Shown: positions 45,703-55,073 of the stretch, one piece after another
Layout: each line of letters starts with the position of its first letter
Numbering within the stretch: position 1 is the stretch's first letter
Origin: Calditrichaceae bacterium
GTDB lineage: Bacteria > Calditrichota > Calditrichia > RBG-13-44-9 > J075
DNA: 64,000 nucleotides
NCBI GenBank assembly: GCA_013360445.1
Contig: JABWBP010000036.1
Coordinates: forward strand, 322 to 64,321
Direction: 5' to 3'
Program-made: the position numbers and the translations under genes
The notes under the pieces: model-generated
Seen by the model: the letters and a program-made list of their open reading frames with translations, nothing else
What the model was told of the DNA's origin: nothing
The model's database searches: none

Positions 45703-46680
45703 ATATAACATTTCGATTAAAACGGGGTTGAAAATTTCCACCCCCGCGGGATTGAGATACTCCCGGTCGTGGAAATGCGCGTAGGGGTCGAGGGGCAGGG
45801 GGATTTTGTTGAAATCGTAGTAAACCACCCCTTCCTCCCGGGCGATTTCGGCAAAAGTGCGGGAGATTTCTTCGTAATTGGCGATAGCGTGCAGGTTTTG
45901 CGGAGGCTCCGGCTTGGTCGCCAGAATGATCCGGGCGCCGTTTGCTTTTACCAGGCGGATGACGTCACGAATCGCCTGCAATTGTTCTTCCCGCGGAACC
46001 ACCGTTCGGGCAGGAGATTTGCGCGGTTTTTGATCCACGAACCGCGCTTCATAGCGAGATTCTTCGCCGGCCAGGCTCCGGGTAAATTCGACGTAGCCGC
46101 CCGGTATGTAGCGTTCGTCCTCATCCGGTTTCTGGGTGAATTGCGGCGCCAGCCCGCTCAGGTGCAGCATCCATTTGGAGACCGCAAGGTTGAGGGCGTG
46201 GGGGCTTCCGATGGCCAGGGCCATTTCCATCATCTCCGGGGAATAGGAGAGGTTCTGCGAAAGGTCGTAAAAACATTCCAGCCCGTCGCGGTCGATCACC
46301 CGGTAATTCAGGTCGAATACCACCAGTTTGGGATTCAACGCCGCAAAATAATGTTTCAACAAATAGTAAGTATTCAACGGGGTTTGCCCGGTGGTTCCCA
46401 TGTTGAAAGTTTCCAGGCCGCGTTCGGCGTAAATCCGGGTATCGAAGGTGCGGTAACAATGGGAAGAGCCCAGGAAAAGAATATCCAGGTCTCGATAGTT
46501 TTGAATATCCTGGAATCGCTGCAAGGTGAACCCGAATCCCCCCGGGGTCACCGGGTTGCGGGCGGCGATCTTCATAAGGGTCTGATCCCCCACCCCCACG
46601 GTGGAGAAAACGAAGGCGCTGAGGAAGTACAGTCCCCCCAGCAGGGCGAGAAAGAGCGCGGTTTTGCGAATCATAGCCAT
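45679..46680 (-). CDS. SGNH-hydrolase-like periplasmic protein (AlgJ/AlgX/DltD-like partner of the MBOAT O-acyltransferase)
   Basis: N-terminal TM anchor. DILFLGSSH resembles the SGNH block I (GDS/GSS). It sits immediately downstream of, and adjacent to, the MBOAT gene (the stop at 46682 abuts the start at 46680). Confidence 0.5.
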   Translation of the reverse strand: MAMIRKTALFLALLGGLYFLSAFVFSTVGVGDQTLMKIAARNPVTPGGFGFTLQRFQDIQNYRDLDILFLGSSHCYRTFDTRIYAERGLETFNMGTTGQTPLNTYYLLKHYFAALNPKLVVFDLNYRVIDRDGLECFYDLSQNLSYSPEMMEMALAIGSPHALNLAVSKWMLHLSGLAPQFTQKPDEDERYIPGGYVEFTRSLAGEESRYEARFVDQKPRKSPARTVVPREEQLQAIRDVIRLVKANGARIILATKPEPPQNLHAIANYEEISRTFAEIAREEGVVYYDFNKIPLPLDPYAHFHDREYLNPAGVEIFNPVLIEMLYQEVKSGK

Positions 46681-46681
46681 T

Positions 46682-48133
46682 CTAAAATTGGAAATAGATG
46701 AATTCCGTATGGTTGAATACTCCGAAAAATACGATTCCCAGGATCAGGGCATAATAAATCGCCCAGCGGAACATGCGCGGCTGCCCCAGAACCAGGGTTT
46801 TGAGCTTGCCGGTTCGTTCCAGCAAATGGTAAACCTCTAACAGCAAGATAGACCCCAGGGCGATGAGCAATTCTCCCCAACCTAACGCCACGTTGATTGC
46901 CGCTAACCCGGCGGGAGAGAAATCCAGCCGGAGCAGGTTGCGGAGGATCAGGAAAGCCTCCGCGACGGAGTTGGCCCGGAAAAAGACCCAGGCGAAGCAG
47001 ACCAGGTGGAAGGTGAGGAAGATTTTCAAACCCCGCTGCAAGAGCGGAAATCGGTCGATCTTCAGCAGCCCGGCCATCGCCTCCCGGGCTTTTTGGGTCC
47101 AGATGGAAAAAACCAGGTAGAACCCGTGCAAAAATCCCCACAACGCAAAGGTCCAATTGGCCCCGTGCCACAAACCGCTTACCAGGAACACCGCCAAAAG
47201 GTTGAAATACCAGCGCGGCTTGCTCACCCGGTTTCCGCCCAGGGGAATGTAGAGATAATCCTTGAACCAGGAAGAAAGCGAGATGTGCCAGCGTTTCCAG
47301 AACTCGCTGATGGATTGGGAAAAGTAGGGCTGCCGGAAGTTTAGCATCAAATCGTAGCCCATGATCCGCGCGGTTCCGATGGCGATATCCGAATAGCCGG
47401 AAAAATCACAATAAATCTGAAAGGCGAAAAAGTAGGTCGCCAGGAGCAGGGTAAAGCCCTGGTACTCTCCCGGGGAGTTATACACCTGGTTGACGTAAAT
47501 CGCCAGGCGGTCGGCAATGACCACCTTCTTGAAAAATCCCCACAGCATCAGGCGCAGGCCGGAAATCAGGCGGTCGTAATCGAAACGCACCGTTCTATCG
47601 AGCTGGGGCAGCAAGCGCACCGAGCGCTCGATGGGGCCGGCCACTAATTGGGGAAAGAAGGCCACGTAGAGGGCAAAGGTGGTGAAGCGGCGTTCCGGCT
47701 CTTTTTCTCCCCGGTACACGTCGATGGTGTAACTCATGCTCTGGAAAGTGTAAAAAGAGATGCCCACCGGCAGCAGCCAGTCGAATCCGGAAAAGCCGTA
47801 AAAAATATTGAACTGCTGCAAAACCGCCCGGATGGATTCGTTGAAGAAGTTGGCATATTTGAACGCAAACAGGATGCCGAGGTTGGCGGCCAGGCTGAGA
47901 ATGAGGTATTTTGTGCGGGCGCTCTTTTCCGTGGTTTTACCCATCCGCAGGGCGGCGACATAGTCGATCAGGGTAGAGACCAGGATCAAAATGGCGTATT
48001 CCGCCTTCCAGCACATGTAAAAATAGTAGCTGGCCGCTAACAGAAAGACCTGGCGAAACCGCTGCGGCAGGGCGAAGAAAACCGCTACCACAACCGGAAA
48101 AAAGATCAGGAATTCTATGGAATTGAAGAGCAT
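46682..48133 (-). CDS. MBOAT-family membrane O-acyltransferase (AlgI/DltB-like)
   Basis: N-terminus LFNSIEFLIFFPVVVAVFF. The conserved His region is WHISLSSWFKDYLYIPLGGNR..SGLWHGANW. 483 aa. Confidence 0.85.
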   Translation of the reverse strand: MLFNSIEFLIFFPVVVAVFFALPQRFRQVFLLAASYYFYMCWKAEYAILILVSTLIDYVAALRMGKTTEKSARTKYLILSLAANLGILFAFKYANFFNESIRAVLQQFNIFYGFSGFDWLLPVGISFYTFQSMSYTIDVYRGEKEPERRFTTFALYVAFFPQLVAGPIERSVRLLPQLDRTVRFDYDRLISGLRLMLWGFFKKVVIADRLAIYVNQVYNSPGEYQGFTLLLATYFFAFQIYCDFSGYSDIAIGTARIMGYDLMLNFRQPYFSQSISEFWKRWHISLSSWFKDYLYIPLGGNRVSKPRWYFNLLAVFLVSGLWHGANWTFALWGFLHGFYLVFSIWTQKAREAMAGLLKIDRFPLLQRGLKIFLTFHLVCFAWVFFRANSVAEAFLILRNLLRLDFSPAGLAAINVALGWGELLIALGSILLLEVYHLLERTGKLKTLVLGQPRMFRWAIYYALILGIVFFGVFNHTEFIYFQF

Positions 48134-48149
48134 GGTTTTTTATAGCGTA

Positions 48150-48264
48150 GCCGTTTGCAGTAGGCAGTAGGCATTACGCAGTTGGCAGTGGATGGTGGAT
48201 AACAGGCAATTTTACTTTTATCTGCCCCTGCTACTGCCCACTGCCTACTGCCTATTGCCTACTA
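48150..48264. repeat. Imperfect hairpin built from GCAGTAGGCAGTAGGCA units, overlapping the stop of the GT4 gene 48245..49405
   Basis: Left arm cgtttgcagtaggcagtaggcattacgcagttggcagtgg (48150-48190). Right arm ctgctactgcccactgcctactgcctattgcctact (48229-48264). Confidence 0.6.
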
Positions 48265-49405
48265 TTTTCACCTTTCCGTTCATTTTGGAATGATAGAGGT
48301 TCCGATACAATTGCTCGTAACCGGAGACCGTGCTGCGCAAAGAGAACTTCTCCCGCACCCGCTCCAGGGCCTGGCGGGAAAATCTCCGGCGTAAATCTTC
48401 ATCGGCATAGAGGCGGTGCAGCTCGCCGGCCAAGGTCTGTTCATCCCCCACCGGGAAGAGCAGGCCGGTTTCCTGATGGTTGACCAGCTCCGGGTTGCCG
48501 CCGGTAGCGGTAGCGAGCACCGGCACGCCGCAGGCCTGGGCTTCTAAAATCACGTTGGAACATCCCTCGCTCACGGAGCTGAGCACAAAGACGTCGAACA
48601 TATTCAGCAGGGTTTCCGGGTCGGAGACCGGGGGAATGAACCGCACCTGCTCTTGCAGGCTCAATTGCGCGATCAATTCCTGGTAGCGGCGCTTCATTTC
48701 CTCTCCCGCGCTTCCCCCGCCCCCCACCAGCACCAATTTTGCCGCGGGTATTGTTTCCCGGAACCGCCGGAATGCTTTGATAAGGGTAAAATGGTCCTTC
48801 ACGGGATGAAAACGCCCCAGGGTGCCGACCACGAAGCTCCCCTCCAGCCCGTACTGTCGGCGATATTTTTCCCGGAATTCCGGGGAGGGATAGAAACGCA
48901 CGGGATCGATGCCGTTGTAGAGCACGGAGATATTATCCTTCCGGTAGCCGAAGGAGTCGCGCAGCTTCTTTTCCAGGTCCCCGGCCACCACCGTCACCGC
49001 GTCGAAGCGCTGCCAGAGGTATTTCTGAACCCGGTCTTTCATAAAAGAGCGCTCGAAGGTGCCGTGCTCCCCGTGAATGAGCGCCGGGATTTTCGCCAGC
49101 CGGGCGGCCAGGTAGCCTTCTAAGAGGGTGTTCCAGGAGTGGGTGTACACAATGTCGTAGCGGTTGCGCTTCAGAACCTCCGCCAGGCGGCGGGCGGTCT
49201 CCCAACTGTTGGCCGGGGTTCCTTGCAATTCGATGATGTTGAATTGCTCCACCGGGAGCAACTCCCGGTAGCGCACTCCCTGTAAGACGATGATGTCCAC
49301 TTCGAAGCGGGAGCGATCCATGCCGGAAACGATTTTCAGGACGCCCTGCTCTTTTCCGGCGGGACCGATGAAGTAGAGCAGGTGGGCGAGGTGGATTTTT
49401 TTCAT
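48245..49405 (-). CDS. Glycosyltransferase family 4
   Basis: EX7E region FDVFVLSSVSEGCSNVILEAQACGVPVLATATGGNPELV and an N-terminal GT-B fold. 386 aa. Confidence 0.8.
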   Translation of the reverse strand: MKKIHLAHLLYFIGPAGKEQGVLKIVSGMDRSRFEVDIIVLQGVRYRELLPVEQFNIIELQGTPANSWETARRLAEVLKRNRYDIVYTHSWNTLLEGYLAARLAKIPALIHGEHGTFERSFMKDRVQKYLWQRFDAVTVVAGDLEKKLRDSFGYRKDNISVLYNGIDPVRFYPSPEFREKYRRQYGLEGSFVVGTLGRFHPVKDHFTLIKAFRRFRETIPAAKLVLVGGGGSAGEEMKRRYQELIAQLSLQEQVRFIPPVSDPETLLNMFDVFVLSSVSEGCSNVILEAQACGVPVLATATGGNPELVNHQETGLLFPVGDEQTLAGELHRLYADEDLRRRFSRQALERVREKFSLRSTVSGYEQLYRNLYHSKMNGKVKIVGNRQ

Positions 49406-49474
49406 AGAGGCGATTGATACGCGATGCTGGATGCCGGATAAATTTTTTGAACGAACGATTCACTATCCCTTTAG

Positions 49475-49606
49475 TCACTTCAGACTCTTCTGACTCTTCT
49501 GACTCTTCCGACTCTTCTGACTTTTCAGACTCTTCCGACTCTTCTGACTCTCCTGACTTTTCTGACTCTTCAGACTCTTCTGACTTTTCAGACTCTTCAG
49601 ACTCTT
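49475..49606. repeat. About 14 tandem copies of the 9-mer GACTCTTC(T/C)
   Basis: tcacttcagactcttctgactcttctgactcttccgactcttctgacttttcagactcttccgactcttctgactctcctgacttttctgactcttcagactcttctgacttttcagactcttcagactc. It lies between the FemAB-like stop (49610) and the GT4 start (49405). Confidence 0.75.
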
Positions 49607-49609
49607 TCC

Positions 49610-50674
49610 TCAAGGAATATGCCGGATGATCCGCGGCCCCAATGTTTTGGTAACGCCCAGGGGCAGCTTCGCCCAAACCTTGATGGCCAGGGAGAATTTG
49701 CGGTTATCGGGATTCAATTCCGGCAATTTTTCCCCTTCCGGCAGCACGTACGCCCAACTGAGCGGGTGTTCCCGGGCGTTCCACTGCTTTTTGAACTGGT
49801 AGGTGCCGCTGCCCGGGGTGCAGCGCCCGAAATCGAACATCCGGCAGCCCTTTTTGATGGAGAGCTTCAGGGATTCCCAGTAGAGCATCATGTTGGGGCT
49901 GTAGCGATTGTATTCCCGCAAGGAGGAGGCCCAGGGAATCTCCATAATCCCCTTGTAGCGCAGCAGGAACGAAGCCGCCACCGCCAGCCCTTCCGGGGTG
50001 TAAACCGTGACGATGAAGGCGTCATCCGGAAAGGTTTGCAAAATCTCCCCGAAAAACCGTTGCGGGAGCACCGGCGTGCCCAACTCGCGCATATTGAGCG
50101 CGAAGACCCGGTAAAAATCATCGAGAAGCTCCGCCCCGCCGGTTCGGGCGTGCATATTTTCCTTCTCCGGGCGGCGAATCTGGCTGCGCAGCTTGGCCTT
50201 GAAGGAGTTGAACAGCGTCTCGCTGTCCGGGGGCAGGTCCAAGAAAAAGGTCACCTTATGGGATTTGGTCGGCAGCGCGGTCTCCACCGGGGCATCGAAG
50301 CGCAATTCGATGTAGTCGTACTTTCTTTCCGCCCGCAGGTTTATTAGAAAGCGGTTCAGGGGCGCGGCCAGGGCGGGATCGGAGAGCAGCGCCCCGCCGT
50401 AGTTGATAAAGGGAAGCGACACCGCGAAACGCCCGAACAGGAAGGAGTGGAACTCCGTCAACGGCAGTACCCCTTCGATTCCCTCGCCGTTGCGGATGAC
50501 GATGTAGAACGCCGGGTGGCCGAAGATTCGCCGAATCATCCGGCTCCATTGCGCCAGGTGATATATTTTTCCGCCCGGATGTTCTAAAACGAAGCGGTCC
50601 CATTCCGCCGGGGGAGTTTCGCAAACTTCGATATCGGTTTTCAGCAACGCTAAATTTTGATGTTCTGCAGCCAT
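49610..50674 (-). CDS. FemAB-related / GNAT-fold (Acetyltransf_6-like) acyltransferase
   Basis: 354 aa. It has the tandem GNAT-like architecture and size of FemAB-family and exosortase-locus-associated FemAB-like proteins. No strict motif was found. Confidence 0.55.
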   Translation of the reverse strand: MAAEHQNLALLKTDIEVCETPPAEWDRFVLEHPGGKIYHLAQWSRMIRRIFGHPAFYIVIRNGEGIEGVLPLTEFHSFLFGRFAVSLPFINYGGALLSDPALAAPLNRFLINLRAERKYDYIELRFDAPVETALPTKSHKVTFFLDLPPDSETLFNSFKAKLRSQIRRPEKENMHARTGGAELLDDFYRVFALNMRELGTPVLPQRFFGEILQTFPDDAFIVTVYTPEGLAVAASFLLRYKGIMEIPWASSLREYNRYSPNMMLYWESLKLSIKKGCRMFDFGRCTPGSGTYQFKKQWNAREHPLSWAYVLPEGEKLPELNPDNRKFSLAIKVWAKLPLGVTKTLGPRIIRHIP

Positions 50675-51615
50675 TGTTTATTCTCGAAATACCATTTCAC
50701 CACCTTCTCCAGCCCCTCCTCGATGCGTACCGCGGGTCTCCACTTCAGCAACGCCCCGGTTTCGGTCAGGTCCGCCCAGGTGATGAGATTATCAGCGGGG
50801 TGGCGGGGCAGGAAATTCAGGGCGGCCTTTTTCTTCAATAATTCTTCCAGAATGCGGATCATTTTCAGCAATTCCATGGGGCGGTCGTTGCCGACGTTAA
50901 AAATGTTGAATCCCGGCAAATCCAGGCCGCGAATGGTTGCGTCGGCCACATCGTCGATGTAAGTAAAATCCCGCGCCTGTTTCCCGTCGCCGTAAACATC
51001 TATCGGATTGCCGCGCTCGATGGTGAGGATGAAGCGGAAATAGGACATGTCCGGCCGCCCGGCCGGGCCGTACACCGTAAAGTAGCGGGGAATGCTGATA
51101 TCCAGGCCATACAGGTAATGATACGTATGGCAGAGCGTCTCCGCAGCCTTTTTGGAAGCGGCGTAGGGAGAGAGGGGGGTGTCGGTGTGGTTGGTGACCT
51201 TGAATGGGGTCGGGGTATTCCCATACACACTGGAAGTAGAGGCCAGGACAAATTTTTTGATTCCCTGCTGCCGGGCGCATTCCAGGAGGTTGAGGGTTCC
51301 GGTGACGTTGGTGTCATAGTAGCTCCAGGGGTCCTCAACGCTGGCCCGCACCCCGGCGCGCGCCGCCAGGTTCAGCACCGCGTCGAATTTGTAGCCCTGG
51401 AACAACCGTTCCATGGCCGGGTAATCCGCCACGCTCTCTTTGAAGAACGTAAAATCTTCCGAAGCTTGCAGCTTCTTTAAGCGCCACTCCTTTAAACGGA
51501 TATCATAATAATTGTTGAGATCGTCCACCCCCACGACCCGGTGGCTCTGGTGTAACAATTTTTCGGCCACGCGGGAAGCAATAAACCCGGCGCAGCCGGT
51601 GATCAAATAATTCAT
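50650..51615 (-). CDS. NAD-dependent nucleotide-sugar epimerase/dehydratase (UDP-glucuronate 4-epimerase-like)
   Basis: ITGCAGFIASRVAEKL (GxxGxxG) and the catalytic YAASKKAAE (YxxxK). 321 aa. Confidence 0.85.
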   Translation of the reverse strand: MNYLITGCAGFIASRVAEKLLHQSHRVVGVDDLNNYYDIRLKEWRLKKLQASEDFTFFKESVADYPAMERLFQGYKFDAVLNLAARAGVRASVEDPWSYYDTNVTGTLNLLECARQQGIKKFVLASTSSVYGNTPTPFKVTNHTDTPLSPYAASKKAAETLCHTYHYLYGLDISIPRYFTVYGPAGRPDMSYFRFILTIERGNPIDVYGDGKQARDFTYIDDVADATIRGLDLPGFNIFNVGNDRPMELLKMIRILEELLKKKAALNFLPRHPADNLITWADLTETGALLKWRPAVRIEEGLEKVVKWYFENKQWLQNIKI

Positions 51616-51732
51616 TTATGATTTCTCTTCTGCAAGGCAGGATTAATGCACGCTGATAAAACTACTCCGTATATCTCCGATTTTTTCGGTTTAAAGAGAT
51701 GCCATCACCCTACCCCGTTCGTTCCGCTTAAG

Positions 51733-51757
51733 ATAAGAATGCCGGGCGAGAAGTAAA
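51733..51757. terminator. Candidate intrinsic terminator downstream of wzc
   Basis: gccgggcgagaagtaaacccggc forms an 8-bp GC stem. On the minus strand it is followed by attcttatctt. Confidence 0.3.
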
Positions 51758-51933
51758 CCCGGCATCGGTAAGGAGTGCATCATTTGTCGCGGGAAAGAAG
51801 CGGTATTCAGACCATTAATCCGCCGAACCGCTCCGGATTTGATACGAAATAAAACCAGCTAAAATACCGAACATCCCTCCCGGCAAAACCGGCTTTACGA
51901 CGCCATATACCCGGCGCTAATGCGACCGGGCTT

Positions 51934-54285
51934 TCAATAATTATAATAGGAATACTGGTAGCGCTCCTTTTTCATGTCCACTTTCACCATGTTCAACACC
52001 AGGCCCAGCATATTCTCGTGGATATTTCGATATTCCTGCAATTTACGGCTCAACTGTTCGATATTGGTATATTCCGCCCGCACCACCACCAGGATGCCGC
52101 CCACGCTGGTAGAGAGAATGGCCGCGTCCGAACTGGCCTGGAAAGGAGCGGTATCCAGGAGGAGCATCCCGAAGCGGGATTTGAGCACCTCCAATACGCT
52201 GCTCATCCGTTCCGACCCTAACATCTCCGTGGGGTTGGGAATGGGAGTTCCGGCAGTGATCATATAGAGATTAGGGATTATGGTTTTTTGGATCAATTTG
52301 CTGAGATTTTCATAATCCACGGTGGCTTTGGAGATCAGGAAATCGCTCAGGCCGGGCTTTTTCTTGTTTCCGAATACATTGTGCAAAACGCCCCGGCGCA
52401 AATCCCCGTCGATGAGCAGGGTGGAGATTTTTTGCTGCGCAAAGGTAATGGCAAGGTTGGAGGAGGTCAGGGATTTACCCTCCCCGGGGCGCAAACTGGT
52501 AACGATAAAAGAGGACAGCTCTTTATTCTCGTTCATGAAGAGCAGTTTGGTGCGCAAGTCCCGGTAGGATTCCGACTCCAGGGTAGGGGAATAATCCAGG
52601 GTGATCAATTTGGTATCGCGCTTGCCCTTGAGGTCTTTGATGTTTTCCGGCACTTCGCTATCGTTGTGAATTACCGGAATGCTTCCGATGACCGGCAGTT
52701 TCAGGCGGGTTTCTAAGTCTTCCGGGGTTTGCACGGTTTTGTCAAAAAATTCCCGCACAATCGCCAGTCCCAGGCCCAATCCCAACGCCAGGGCCAGCCC
52801 CAGGAGGGATTTTTTCAAGATCAGGGACAACCGGCTCTGCACCGGGGGCACCGGCGCGGGATCGAGGATGAAAACGTCCCCCACTTCTACTTCGGAATTG
52901 ATTTTGGCCTGGTTGTAGCGGGTCAGCACGGTCTCGAAGACGTTCCGCTTGACGCCCTGTTCCACCATCAATTCCGAGAGCTGCCGCTGCTTGAGAGGCA
53001 GGCGGGCGAGGTTTTGCTGCTCCGAGGAAATATTTTTCTCCAGATTCGAGGCGCGATCCATCAGCTTGGTCACATGCTCCCGGGCGGCGGTTTCCACTTT
53101 GGCAATCAAGGACTTGAATTTATTTTCGTTTTCGACAAATAAGAAATGGGTGGGCGCGTATTTGCCGGCCAGACCGTTCCGCTCCGTCATCAAGGCATTA
53201 AACTCCTGGTCAAATACCGAGGCCGTGGGGATTCCTTCGGCGCTGAGCAGGTAAGTAACCAGTTGCCGGGCTTGATCCAGCTGCTCGTTGAAGGAGGCGG
53301 CGTTCTCGGTGCGGGCGATCAGGTTTTTGAGATCGTTGATCTTCAGCCGCAGATCATTTTGGTTTTGTTGCAAGGTGGTGACCGGGGTTAGCGGTACTGC
53401 CGCGGTGACCTGGGGATTTATTTCCTGAAAGCGCTGCAAGCGCTGGTTGACCTCATCCAGATCCTGTTTGGCGACCTGCAACTGATCTTCGAGAATTTTC
53501 AGAATCTCATTCCCCTTGCGATTCTTAATACTCGAATCGAACTGCACAAACTTCTCCGCCAGGGTATTGGCGATCCGGGCGGCCATTTCCGGGGAGCCGC
53601 TGGTGGCGGAAATCGAGAGATTGGTGAGGGTTTTCCGATCCAGCCATTTATAAGAGATGCGGCTTTTCAAGCTCTTTATCGAAGAATCGAAATTTTTCAC
53701 ATTAAATTCCACCGCTTTAACCGGAAGCGATGACAGGTAAGGCGCGTTCACCTGAAAGGCGATGTGATGGATGCGCACCGTATCTTGCGCCCCGAACACC
53801 AGCAGCAACCGGTCTTTTACCTTTGTAGCCGGGTTGGAATAATACAATTCGTACTGCCCCCCTTTGGGCGCCACCCGGTAGAGACCGGGATCGCTCTCCG
53901 GGTTCACGTCCACAAAGCTGAAAAGTTTGTCCTTGCTAACCCCGGGGGTCACAATGGAAAAGTTCAGTTGCAGTTCCTGTACGATCTGCCCCAGGAGGCT
54001 GTTGGTTTCCAGAAAGGTGATCCGGCTGGCATTAACCGTCTGGCCCTTTTCTTCCACTGCGCTCATGGTGCGGGGGTTCTGGAAGTACAACAGCACGCTG
54101 GAGGAGTACACCGGGTAGCTATCGTACAGGCTCACGTATCCCAGCCAACCTAAAAAAACGGCTAAGAACGTTGTGGAAATCAGGATCTTGCGCCGTTTTA
54201 GAATGCGCAAATACTTCTTGATTTCATTTTCTCCCTCCGCAAAAGCGCCGTGCGGTTTTTTCATACCATTATTACTGAGATTCAT
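51934..54285 (-). CDS. wzc: Polysaccharide co-polymerase / BY-kinase (Wzc-like tyrosine autokinase)
   Basis: N-terminal Wzz-like periplasmic domain flanked by two TM segments, coiled-coil region, Walker A TSLRPGEGKSLTSSNLA, Walker B LLLDTAP, and a C-terminal Tyr cluster YQYSYYNY. 783 aa. Confidence 0.85.
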   Translation of the reverse strand: MNLSNNGMKKPHGAFAEGENEIKKYLRILKRRKILISTTFLAVFLGWLGYVSLYDSYPVYSSSVLLYFQNPRTMSAVEEKGQTVNASRITFLETNSLLGQIVQELQLNFSIVTPGVSKDKLFSFVDVNPESDPGLYRVAPKGGQYELYYSNPATKVKDRLLLVFGAQDTVRIHHIAFQVNAPYLSSLPVKAVEFNVKNFDSSIKSLKSRISYKWLDRKTLTNLSISATSGSPEMAARIANTLAEKFVQFDSSIKNRKGNEILKILEDQLQVAKQDLDEVNQRLQRFQEINPQVTAAVPLTPVTTLQQNQNDLRLKINDLKNLIARTENAASFNEQLDQARQLVTYLLSAEGIPTASVFDQEFNALMTERNGLAGKYAPTHFLFVENENKFKSLIAKVETAAREHVTKLMDRASNLEKNISSEQQNLARLPLKQRQLSELMVEQGVKRNVFETVLTRYNQAKINSEVEVGDVFILDPAPVPPVQSRLSLILKKSLLGLALALGLGLGLAIVREFFDKTVQTPEDLETRLKLPVIGSIPVIHNDSEVPENIKDLKGKRDTKLITLDYSPTLESESYRDLRTKLLFMNENKELSSFIVTSLRPGEGKSLTSSNLAITFAQQKISTLLIDGDLRRGVLHNVFGNKKKPGLSDFLISKATVDYENLSKLIQKTIIPNLYMITAGTPIPNPTEMLGSERMSSVLEVLKSRFGMLLLDTAPFQASSDAAILSTSVGGILVVVRAEYTNIEQLSRKLQEYRNIHENMLGLVLNMVKVDMKKERYQYSYYNY

Positions 54286-54310
54286 TGATCCCCTCGCGAT
54301 ATTTCTCGGA

Positions 54311-55048
54311 TTAGCGATTCACAGTGCGGTCATATATGGTTATATAGACAGCGACCAGAGACGCCACGGCGGTAATCGCTGTCAAAACGGTACGGGATTT
54401 TTCCCAGAATCCGGGTTTGGTGGGGGTTCGTACCCAAATTTGATCCCCGCTTCTGAAGCCGATTTCCCTGAGAGAGATGCCGGTTTGCAGGTAGGGAATC
54501 AACTCATTATCGATAGACCCGCCGTCTCGCTCCCAGCGCATATCTTTCAGGCCGTTCTCGTCCATGGTTCCCCCGACTTCATAGATCACTTCCCACAACG
54601 AGCGGTTCGCGTCAAAGTAATAAAAACCCGGCCGCGGCACTCCCCCTAACACGCTCAGGCGAATCATGGGCTTAACCTGGAGGTTGGGAAAGCGCAGATA
54701 ATCGCGGAAATTTTCGCGGATAAAATTAATAAACTCCGCTTCGGACATGTGGCTGATTTTGGCCTTTCCATAGATAGGCAATTCGACGAACCCGCGGTCG
54801 TCAATCGGAAAAATTCCGTTCAAAAACGAGGTGGTATCCGGCATGGTAGAAATAAGCACCCCGTCTCCCGGCACAAAAATCCTTCCCGCCGAGGTTTGCT
54901 CCTGGGGTGGGGTGGAGGCGGGGCGGTCATTATCGTTTGTATCGTCTTTTCCGGTTTCGCCGGCATAGCCGGTCGTCATCAACAGCAACCCACTCAACAA
55001 CAGGGCCAGGGGCTTCATCAGAAAATGGTGTCTAAACTGACTGATCAC
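54311..55048 (-). CDS. wza: Polysaccharide export protein (Wza-like, Poly_export + SLBB)
   Basis: Signal peptide plus PGDGVLISTMPDTTSFLNGIFPIDDRGFVELPIYGKAKISHMSEAEF (Poly_export motif). GGAGG RBS. 245 aa. Confidence 0.75.
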   Translation of the reverse strand: MISQFRHHFLMKPLALLLSGLLLMTTGYAGETGKDDTNDNDRPASTPPQEQTSAGRIFVPGDGVLISTMPDTTSFLNGIFPIDDRGFVELPIYGKAKISHMSEAEFINFIRENFRDYLRFPNLQVKPMIRLSVLGGVPRPGFYYFDANRSLWEVIYEVGGTMDENGLKDMRWERDGGSIDNELIPYLQTGISLREIGFRSGDQIWVRTPTKPGFWEKSRTVLTAITAVASLVAVYITIYDRTVNR

Positions 55049-55073
55049 TATAACCTCCGATATTTATGCTTTC

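Noticed and set aside
49414-49676. ORFs 49414..49629 (+; SDSSDSSDF..) and 48933..49676 (-; ESEESEKSEESEE..)
   Set aside because: Both are artefacts of the 9-bp tandem repeat, which keeps all frames open. There is no start context, and the minus-strand ORF overlaps the genuine GT4 gene out of frame.
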